A stretch of 64,000 nucleotides of DNA, from positions 7,790-71,789 of the forward strand of contig CALHNI010000006.1 of assembly GCA_938034975.1 (NCBI GenBank), read 5' to 3'. The notes beneath the pieces were generated by a model. It saw nothing but the letters and a program-made list of their open reading frames with translations. It did no database searches and was not told where the DNA came from. Of this stretch, positions 56,553-64,000 are shown one piece after another; position 1 is the stretch's first letter, and each line of letters begins with the position of its first letter. The position numbers were made by a program, and so were the translations under genes. Source of the DNA: Candidatus Goldiibacteriota bacterium. GTDB taxonomy: Bacteria; Oederibacteriota; PGYV01; DYJU01.

Positions 56553-58809
56553 CCACCTGCTTTTTATAATTACATTTATTGCAATAAATTATAACCGAGT
56601 CTTTTTTCCTTTTTTCAAAAAGTAAAGCGGCTCCACATTCAGGACACTTTTCATTAACAGGTTTATCCCATACCATAAATTTACATTTTGGATAATTGCT
56701 GCAACCATAAAATTTCCTTCTTTTTTTGGTTGTTCTTTCTATAATATCACCACCGCATTCCGGACATTGTATCCCTATTTTATTTATCACGTTTTTTGTA
56801 TATTTACATTCTGGATATTTTGAACAGGCAATAAATTTTCCAAAAGGTCCGAACTTAACTACAAGATCACTTCCACACTTTGGACATTTTTCATCTATTT
56901 TTTCTTCTTCCCTTTTTTCCGGATTTAATGATTTGGCATTTTTACATTTTGGATAATTTTCACAGGATATAAATTTACCATGCCTTCCCCATTTTACTAT
57001 CATTTTTCCCCCACATAATTCACACTTTTCTCCTGTTTCACCTTCTAAATTTTTCTTTATATCTTCCATAAACGGTTTTGCCTTTTCAAGTGTTTTTTCA
57101 AATTCTGTATAAAAATCTTTAAGCAATTGATGCCATTCAACCATTCCTTCTTCAACAGCATCAAGATTATCCTCCATCTTTGCTGTAAACTCAACATTTA
57201 TTATTTCCGGAAAATGTTTTTCCAGTATATCATTTACCAAAATACCAAGTTCGGTTGGAATAAATTTACCGTTTTCCCTTATAACATATTTTCTGTAAAT
57301 CAAAGTTGCTATTATAGGAGCGTATGTGCTTGGCCGCCCTATATCTTTTTCTTCAAGAATTTTTACTAACGAAGCATCTGTATAAAAAGGCGGTGGCTGG
57401 GTAAAATGCTGGGTGTTTATAAGTTCAAGCAAAATTAATTTTTCGCCCTTATAAAGTTCCGGTAAATTTTTTTGTTTTCCGTTTTCTTTTTTTTCAATAT
57501 CACTGTCTTCTTTATTTTCTTCATTTTCAACTATAATATCATAAACTTTTAAAAATCCATCAAACTTTAAAATAGAACCTGTAGCTGAAAATCCATAAAT
57601 ACCAGCTGCTATTTTAACCTTTGTATCATCATAAATAGCCGGAGTCATCTGTGACGCCAAAAATCTCTTATATATTAAAGAATATATCTTATATTGTTCA
57701 GGAGTTAAACTATCCTTTATTTTTTCCGGTTCGCGGTTGATTGATGTTGGTCGTATTGCTTCATGAGCATCCTGTGCTGATTTTTTACTTTTATAAAAAT
57801 TAGGAGTATCAGGCACATATTTTTCCCCATACTTTGTTCTGATAAATTCCAATGTGCTTTTTTGAGCATCAGATGAAACCCTCAACGAATCAGTTCGCAT
57901 ATAAGTTATTAAACCAATCTGCCCTTCTCCTTTTATATCTATACCTTCATATAATTGCTGGGCAATCATCATTGTTTTTTGTGCTGTATATTTAAATTTT
58001 CTTGATGCTTCCTGCTGCAATGTGCTTGTAATAAATGGCGGCAAGGCTTTTCTTATTCTTTCCTTTTTAATAACTTCCGTAACTATAAAATCCTGTGTTT
58101 TTAATTCGTTGATTATATTTTCTGATTCTTCCTTTGTTTTAATTTTGATTTTTTCATTATTTTTTTCTGTAAGCATTGCTTCAAATTCAGAATCAGAACT
58201 CCCTTTGAGGCGTGCTTTTATCTGCCAGTATTCTTCTGGTTTAAAATTATCTATTTCCCTTTGCCTTTCAACTATGAGTTTTAAAGCAACTGATTGCACC
58301 CTTCCTGCTGACAAACCACGCCTTATTACTTTCCATAGCATAGGACTTATTTTATATCCCACTAACCTGTCTAAAATACGCCTTGCCTGCTGGGCATAAA
58401 CAAGATTTTTGTTTATCTCCTTGGGAGATTTAATGGCATTTAATACCGCATTCTGTGTTATCTCATTAAAAAGAACCCTGTAAACTTTTTTTTCTTCTTT
58501 TTTACATATCTCATCTGCAATATGATATCCAATTGCTTCCCCTTCCCTGTCCGGGTCTGTCCCTATATAAATTGCTTCTGCTTTTTCTGCTTCTTTTTTT
58601 ATTTCAGATAAAATTTTTTTCTTATCCTTCATTACAATATAAGTTGGGGTAAAATTATTTTCTATATCAACACCAAGTTTACTTTTGGGAAGGTCTTTAA
58701 TATGCCCTTTTGTTGCCATTACTTTAAAATTATTATCTAAAAATTTTTTTATTGTATTTACTTTTGTTGGCGATTCAACAAGTAATATTTTCTTTTTTTT
58801 ATCACTCAT
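56527..58809 (-). CDS. topA: DNA topoisomerase I (type IA) with C-terminal zinc ribbons
   Basis: TOPRIM motifs (VESPTK, DPDREGE), active-site YMRTDS, four C4 zinc-ribbon motifs. Confidence 0.95.
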   Translation of the reverse strand: MSDKKKKILLVESPTKVNTIKKFLDNNFKVMATKGHIKDLPKSKLGVDIENNFTPTYIVMKDKKKILSEIKKEAEKAEAIYIGTDPDREGEAIGYHIADEICKKEEKKVYRVLFNEITQNAVLNAIKSPKEINKNLVYAQQARRILDRLVGYKISPMLWKVIRRGLSAGRVQSVALKLIVERQREIDNFKPEEYWQIKARLKGSSDSEFEAMLTEKNNEKIKIKTKEESENIINELKTQDFIVTEVIKKERIRKALPPFITSTLQQEASRKFKYTAQKTMMIAQQLYEGIDIKGEGQIGLITYMRTDSLRVSSDAQKSTLEFIRTKYGEKYVPDTPNFYKSKKSAQDAHEAIRPTSINREPEKIKDSLTPEQYKIYSLIYKRFLASQMTPAIYDDTKVKIAAGIYGFSATGSILKFDGFLKVYDIIVENEENKEDSDIEKKENGKQKNLPELYKGEKLILLELINTQHFTQPPPFYTDASLVKILEEKDIGRPSTYAPIIATLIYRKYVIRENGKFIPTELGILVNDILEKHFPEIINVEFTAKMEDNLDAVEEGMVEWHQLLKDFYTEFEKTLEKAKPFMEDIKKNLEGETGEKCELCGGKMIVKWGRHGKFISCENYPKCKNAKSLNPEKREEEKIDEKCPKCGSDLVVKFGPFGKFIACSKYPECKYTKNVINKIGIQCPECGGDIIERTTKKRRKFYGCSNYPKCKFMVWDKPVNEKCPECGAALLFEKRKKDSVIIYCNKCNYKKQVDDNKQNEK

Positions 58810-58827
58810 TTTGTCTCCAGGATAATC

Positions 58828-59916
58828 TCAAATTTTAATAAAATTTTTTCCACTTAACTGTTTTATAAGCCCTTTCATTTCAAGAACTGTTAAAATACTG
58901 TTTAGTTTGGTTATATCAATATTACTTTCAATTAAGATATTGTCAATATGTTTTTTATCATAGCTTAGCAAATTAAAAATTATTTTTTCGTCATCTGTTA
59001 ATGAGACTTCTTTTTTATTATCAACTACATCTGCCATTTCATATTTTATCTCATATTCTTCTAAAATATCATAAAAAGAATCAACAAGTTTTGCTCCCTG
59101 TTTTATAAGGTTATTTGTTCCTTTTGATTTTTCAGAAAAAATACTGCCTGGCACTGCAAAAACATCTCTGCCCTGCTCTAAAGCATAATCCGCTGTAATT
59201 AATGCACCGCTTTTTTCTCCTGCTTCAACTATAAGCACACAATTTGAAAGCCCGCTTATCACCCTGTTTCTTCTCGGAAAATTTTGTTTTGTAGCAATTG
59301 CATTTAAAGGGAACTCCGAAATCAAAGCACCATTTAAAAAAATTTCATAAGCAAGCGGGTTTTTTTTAAAAGGAAATATTGTGTTCAGTCCATATCCCAA
59401 AACTGCAACTGTGAAAATATTATTTTTGATAGCATTTATATGTGCAATTGCATCAACACCACGCGCCATTCCGCTTATTATTGCCATGTTTATTCCTGAT
59501 TTTGCTGCTTCATCAATTATTTTTTCTAAAGTTTTCTGGGCATAATCATCGGCTGCCCGTGTTCCAACTATACCGAGATTCAAATCGGTATTTATTAATT
59601 CCTTCCCAGCCACATATAAAACAGGTGGCGGGTCATAGATGTTTTTTAATATTTTTGGATATTCATTATCAAAAATTGTAAGAATTTTTATATTTTTTTG
59701 TTCTGCATCTTTTAATTCATTTTCAAGATTTTCAAAATTAAACTTTTTTATCTGAATAGCGATATTTTCTCCGATGCCATCTATATCCAATAATTCATCC
59801 ATAGATGCCAAAAAAATATTTACAGCAGATTTAAAATGTCCCGTTAACCTGTTTATTTTAACGCTCCCTAAACCGTCTATCATATTTAAAGCAATTATTG
59901 CTTCTCTATCTGTCAA
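58828..59916 (-). CDS. dprA: DNA processing protein DprA
   Basis: GMARGVDAIAH Rossmann-like motif. TTG start after AGGAG. Confidence 0.9.
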   Translation of the reverse strand: MTDREAIIALNMIDGLGSVKINRLTGHFKSAVNIFLASMDELLDIDGIGENIAIQIKKFNFENLENELKDAEQKNIKILTIFDNEYPKILKNIYDPPPVLYVAGKELINTDLNLGIVGTRAADDYAQKTLEKIIDEAAKSGINMAIISGMARGVDAIAHINAIKNNIFTVAVLGYGLNTIFPFKKNPLAYEIFLNGALISEFPLNAIATKQNFPRRNRVISGLSNCVLIVEAGEKSGALITADYALEQGRDVFAVPGSIFSEKSKGTNNLIKQGAKLVDSFYDILEEYEIKYEMADVVDNKKEVSLTDDEKIIFNLLSYDKKHIDNILIESNIDITKLNSILTVLEMKGLIKQLSGKNFIKI

Positions 59917-59958
59917 AATAAAACTCCTTTTTAACTTTACTTTTTATGGATTTTTACG

Positions 59959-59987
59959 ATTTTACAATCTGATATTTTTCTTGTCAA
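59959..59987 (-). promoter_or_regulatory. sigma70-type promoter for dprA-topA-xerC (TTGACA-N17-TAAAAT)
   Basis: Minus-strand TTGACA at 59987-59982 and TAAAAT at 59964-59959. Confidence 0.55.
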
Positions 59988-60028
59988 ATGATTTTAATTT
60001 TCTTTTATAAAAAATTTTATATGTTTTA

Positions 60029-62143
60029 TTAAATAAATTTTATTTCAATTTCCGAACCTTCTTTGATCGGTGTTGTATAACCCGCCTTTTGCCCATCAAC
60101 ATAAAATTCAATTATTTTTCCTCTTAACTGCTGAAAATCAACTGGATAAATCTTAAAAATATTTGAAAGTATTAAATTTGTTTCAGTTGATTTAATTTCT
60201 ATATTCGCACCATTTATTAAAAATTCATCCTCGCTTACCCTTTTCCCATTCATATAAATTTCATAATTTTCTTTTTCAATATCATAACTTTTACCATTTA
60301 TTTTAACTTTTATTTTATCTTTTTGTGGAGATTTTAAAATATCCTTTATTCTGTAATATGAAGGAATTTCTCTGAAAGAAATTTTATCAAAATTTTTTAC
60401 TTTATAATCTCCTGATACTTCTCTGCCATTAACCTTTAACTGGTAATTTCTTTGTTTTAAAATAACAGGCTCGCCATTTAATGTTATTATAATATCTCTT
60501 TCATTGGTGTTGTCAGGGTTAATGCCATGCTGAGCAAGAATTTCTGTCAATGTATTTACCGCATAATAAGTTATATCTGCCCTGTCTTTTAATGGCTCAT
60601 CTACTGATATTTCTTTTCCATTACAAAAAACCCGCGGAGATATATTTAAAACATTTCCATTAAGTTCAACAGTTAAAAACAAATCCTGTGGTAAAATATC
60701 TTTTATCAAAGCTTTTGCATCTTTACCATCAATTGCTTCTGTTATGAATATTTTATCTCCGCTTTTTACATAATCATCAAGATTTTTCTGAATTCCGTTT
60801 ATATAAATTTTTGCATGTTCTGCTCTACCGCCTCTTAAAATTTTCAATTCTCCATTTAAATTATATGTTAATGCATTTCCGGGTTTTCCATATAACTTTT
60901 TCAGTTCATAACCTTTTGCAAGTAATACATCAATAAGTTTGATATCCTGTTCAAGATTTAATATATACTCTTTTTCACCATTTATACTTATTTCTATAAA
61001 CCCAAGCCCTCTTTTATAAATGGCTGTTTCTAATATACCAATCGGAGTTATACCTTCTGGTCCTTGTAAAATTTCTGGTATATTTTCAATATTTACTATA
61101 TCCTTAGGCAAACGATTACCTACCCTTGTAACTGAAATTCCAAGTTTTGTAGCAATTTTTTCTTTTATTATTTTTAAACTGCTTCCTCCCCCGACTAAAA
61201 CAACTGCCTGGGGTTGCTTAAAATTAAGGTCTAAAATTTTATCCGCTATATCAGTTGCTATTTCTTCTGTTTTGTCAATTATTGCCTTTATAAATTCTTC
61301 ATAATTTATTTTAATATATTCTCCAAAAATATTTTTTACTTCAACTTCTTTTTCTGTTTCTATCTGTCTTTTTAATTTTTCTGCTTCATTAAAATCAATA
61401 ATAAAACTTTTGCAAATTTCCTCGGTTATTTCATCACCTGCTTTAGGGATCATACCATAAGCAATTATTTTTCCCTTATCGGTTATTGCTATATCTGATG
61501 TCCCTGCTCCAATATCAACGAGGGCAAGATTCAAAAGACGCATATCTTCTGGTATTGTAACCTGTAAAGCAGCAATTGGTTCTAAAGTTATACTGTCTAT
61601 TGATATGCCGCAATTTTTAAAAACCGATACAATGCTGTTAAACACAATTTTAGGTAAAAAAGTCACAATTGATTGTATTTCCAAAGTATCCCTGCAAAAT
61701 TGCTGTAATGGATTTTTTATTTCTTCACCATCTATTTTAAATAAAACCGGACTGAAACCAACGCAGTAGTATTCTTTATTATTTTTATTTAAAATTATCT
61801 CATAAGCTTTTTTGACACTTTCCATTTCCATCTGGACAATATCTTCTTTTAGAATTTCCCCCTTTTTTTCTTTTTTTATATCAACTTTTTCTGTGATTAA
61901 ATTTCTGCCTGCAAGTGCTGTTGTTGCTTTTTCTATTTTTATATTGTTCTTTTTTTCTATTTCTTCTACAACTTCTTTTACTATCTCAGTTACATATTCT
62001 ATATTATGTATCTGACCATCAAGCATTGCTCTTTTTTTATGTTCTTTTAAAACCGCATCTTTGATTATAATTTTATTAAAGATAAGTTCTCCTAGAATTC
62101 CTGCTACTTTTCTTGTCCCTATATCTATTGAAAATACCTGCAT
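60029..62143 (-). CDS. FtsA/PilM/EutJ-type actin-fold ATPase with C-terminal tandem ~40-aa repeats
   Basis: IDIGTRKVAG, VDIGAGTSDIAI and VLVGGGSS phosphate/adenosine motifs (aa 1-380), then 4-5 units of x-[LI]NG-x12-14-[VIM]NG-x12-13-D-x-I. Confidence 0.8.
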   Translation of the reverse strand: MQVFSIDIGTRKVAGILGELIFNKIIIKDAVLKEHKKRAMLDGQIHNIEYVTEIVKEVVEEIEKKNNIKIEKATTALAGRNLITEKVDIKKEKKGEILKEDIVQMEMESVKKAYEIILNKNNKEYYCVGFSPVLFKIDGEEIKNPLQQFCRDTLEIQSIVTFLPKIVFNSIVSVFKNCGISIDSITLEPIAALQVTIPEDMRLLNLALVDIGAGTSDIAITDKGKIIAYGMIPKAGDEITEEICKSFIIDFNEAEKLKRQIETEKEVEVKNIFGEYIKINYEEFIKAIIDKTEEIATDIADKILDLNFKQPQAVVLVGGGSSLKIIKEKIATKLGISVTRVGNRLPKDIVNIENIPEILQGPEGITPIGILETAIYKRGLGFIEISINGEKEYILNLEQDIKLIDVLLAKGYELKKLYGKPGNALTYNLNGELKILRGGRAEHAKIYINGIQKNLDDYVKSGDKIFITEAIDGKDAKALIKDILPQDLFLTVELNGNVLNISPRVFCNGKEISVDEPLKDRADITYYAVNTLTEILAQHGINPDNTNERDIIITLNGEPVILKQRNYQLKVNGREVSGDYKVKNFDKISFREIPSYYRIKDILKSPQKDKIKVKINGKSYDIEKENYEIYMNGKRVSEDEFLINGANIEIKSTETNLILSNIFKIYPVDFQQLRGKIIEFYVDGQKAGYTTPIKEGSEIEIKFI

Positions 62144-62145
62144 TT

Positions 62146-62766
62146 TTATGATACCTTTATTGTATCCAATATTACTTTCACAGAAGGAATATCAGGTATT
62201 AAAAGCATATACCCTTTTATAACTTTTTCATTTGCTTCTAAAAATTCTGTCTCAATGGACAAAATATGAGTTGACATTTTTTCAAAACCCTCAGATACTG
62301 TTATTAAAATTGCACTTGCTATATCAAAAACCAAATTGGGAACAGAAGGCAAAAGCATAAGCCCTAAAAATTCATTTAATGCATTCATATACGCACCTGA
62401 TAAAATATTGCCTGTTTCTTTAATTGCTGAATTTCCAAATTCCGAAAGAACTTTTGTCGTGCCTCGGGGTTTTTGTAAAAGCATATCAACTAACGACAGG
62501 GCACTGTCTCTTGTGAGTAAAAATAATATTTTAGCTGTAATATCACCTAAAATATTCATGATTATACCGGCAACCAGACTATTTGAATCTCCGATCAAAG
62601 TTGCAACATCATCAGTTTTTATCACTTTTACTTCAGGAACGGTTATCATTATCTTTTTTTTAATAAGCTGTGAAAGTGCAGTGGCTGCATGCCCGGCACC
62701 AATATTGCCTACTTCTTTTAAAGCATCAAGTTGTGCTTCAGACAAACTTAACAACGAAGATTCCAT
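62146..62766 (-). CDS. cheC: CheC-family CheY-P phosphatase
   Basis: Two E-x2-N-x22-P active-site motifs (EVGN..x22..P and ETGN..x22..P). Confidence 0.88.
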   Translation of the reverse strand: MESSLLSLSEAQLDALKEVGNIGAGHAATALSQLIKKKIMITVPEVKVIKTDDVATLIGDSNSLVAGIIMNILGDITAKILFLLTRDSALSLVDMLLQKPRGTTKVLSEFGNSAIKETGNILSGAYMNALNEFLGLMLLPSVPNLVFDIASAILITVSEGFEKMSTHILSIETEFLEANEKVIKGYMLLIPDIPSVKVILDTIKVS

Positions 62767-62783
62767 ATTTTCTCCTTTTAATT

Positions 62784-64000
62784 TTAAAATTTATTCTGCT
62801 CATCTAAAAGCGCCTGTAAGTCAAGTATTAAACTTATTTTGCCATCTCCTAATATTGTAACACCGGAAAATCCTTTTGCATATTTTAAAAATTCTCCTAA
62901 ACTTTTAATTGCTATCTCCTGCTGCCCAATAACTTCATCAACTTCCAATGCTATTTTTTTGTCTCTTACCTCTACAATAACTATTTGTATTATATCTTTT
63001 TCCTCTCTCTTTTTTTTAAGAAGTTCAGATAAGGAAAAAACAGCAATAACTTCATCTCTTAAAACAATAACTTTTTTCCCCTGAATTAATTTTATTGATT
63101 TAATATTTATTTCAAGAGTCTCAAGTGTATGAATAACAGGCAATGCATAAATATTACCGGATGCTTTTACAAGCAATGCCTGAATAATAGCCAGAGTTAA
63201 AGGTAATTTTAAAATAAACTTTACTCCTTCGCCAGGATAATTCTCTATTTTAAAAATACCACCTAAAGCTTCAATTTTTGTTTTTACAACATCAACCCCA
63301 ACTCCTCTTCCTGCAATTTTATCTGCCTTATCCATTGTAGAAAACCCTGGCAATGCAATAATATTAACAATTTCCTCATCTGTCATATTTTTTATTTTTT
63401 CTTCACTTAATATTTTCATTTCCAATGCCTTTTTTCTGACCTTTAAAACATCAATCCCTTTTCCGTCATCAGATACTTCAATAATTATCGAATTTCTCTC
63501 TCTTTTAGCTGAAAGTTTTATTATCCCTTTTTTCCCTTTGCCTTTTGAAATTCTTTCTTCCGGCTTTTCTATACCATGTGCAACAGAATTCCTTATAAGG
63601 TGTAAAAGCGGCTCATTTATTTCTTCTAATACAGTTCTATCTATTTCAATGTCACCGCCTATTATTTCTGTTTCTACTTCTTTTCCTTCTTCAACTGCAA
63701 GGTCCCTTGCAATCCGTGGAAATCTTTCAAATATATTATTAACCGGTAACATCCTGACCTGTGTTACTTCTGCTTGAAGTTCATTTATTATTCTGTCAAA
63801 TTCATTTACAGTATCTTTTAATATTTCAAATTGTTTATCTTTGGAAATCTGATCAAGCCGTATCTTTGTTATCACAAGTTCGCCAACCAGATTAAGTAAA
63901 ATATCCAATTTTTCAATATTCACCCTTACACTCTGGCTTAATATTTTTTGCTTTTCTAAATTTAAATTAAGAGTATCAATCTGTTTTTCTTCTGTTTTAT
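62784..64000 (-). CDS. cheA: Chemotaxis histidine kinase CheA (C-terminal part; continues past the window end)
   Basis: VRVNIEKLDILLNLVGELVI dimerisation-domain start, HATPase motifs (HLIRNSVAHGIE, DDGKGID, GRGVGVD), C-terminal CheW-like domain. The reading frame stays open to position 64000. Confidence 0.9.
   Translation of the reverse strand, partial: KTEEKQIDTLNLNLEKQKILSQSVRVNIEKLDILLNLVGELVITKIRLDQISKDKQFEILKDTVNEFDRIINELQAEVTQVRMLPVNNIFERFPRIARDLAVEEGKEVETEIIGGDIEIDRTVLEEINEPLLHLIRNSVAHGIEKPEERISKGKGKKGIIKLSAKRERNSIIIEVSDDGKGIDVLKVRKKALEMKILSEEKIKNMTDEEIVNIIALPGFSTMDKADKIAGRGVGVDVVKTKIEALGGIFKIENYPGEGVKFILKLPLTLAIIQALLVKASGNIYALPVIHTLETLEINIKSIKLIQGKKVIVLRDEVIAVFSLSELLKKKREEKDIIQIVIVEVRDKKIALEVDEVIGQQEIAIKSLGEFLKYAKGFSGVTILGDGKISLILDLQALLDEQNKF

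Overview
Visibly AT-rich (G+C not computed), gene-dense bacterial chromosome segment with about 60 CDS, nearly all on the minus strand except 8.8-14.9 kb and 39.5-41.5 kb. The content is mostly housekeeping and anaerobic core metabolism. It includes a complete [FeFe]-hydrogenase locus (hydF-hydE-hydG, a TM1266-type regulator, and bifurcating-type hydABC), the rpmH-rnpA-yidD-yidC-jag-mnmE cluster, polX-proB-obg and tRNA-Lys-rplU-rpmA. An envelope cluster follows (LysM/Pro-rich protein, giant TPR protein, beta-barrel, ExbB-ExbD-TonB), then an ExeA/MshM-like ATPase with a TPR protein. An 11-gene glycine-cleavage/lipoylation operon (gcvT-H-PA-PB-lplA-lipA-AKR-lpd-Mut7C-pflX) comes next, then smpB-ssrA, xerC-topA-dprA, and the end of a che operon (cheA-cheC plus an FtsA-like protein). 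No CRISPR array, IS transposase, phage or recognisable defence genes are visible. The unexplained signal is non-coding. A family of ~150-230 bp interspersed repeats fills almost every long intergenic spacer (11 copies or fragments). Each carries two related subterminal hairpins (CCGTAAAAACGC..GCGTTTTTACGG and CCTGAAAATCGC..GCGATTTTCAGG) around a conserved AT-rich core, and several copies sit a few bp upstream of near-consensus sigma70 promoters. Other items worth a second look: a GC-rich three-stem RNA-like element with its own consensus promoter between ssrA and the gcv operon; a 918-aa (T-x-T-Q)n surface protein whose start codon lies inside a repeat copy; an actin-fold ATPase with tandem ~40-aa C-terminal repeats in the che operon; and a heptad (KKKQEEE)n tract in a TPR protein. 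Functional calls rest on motifs read from the translations and on synteny. No database search was possible.
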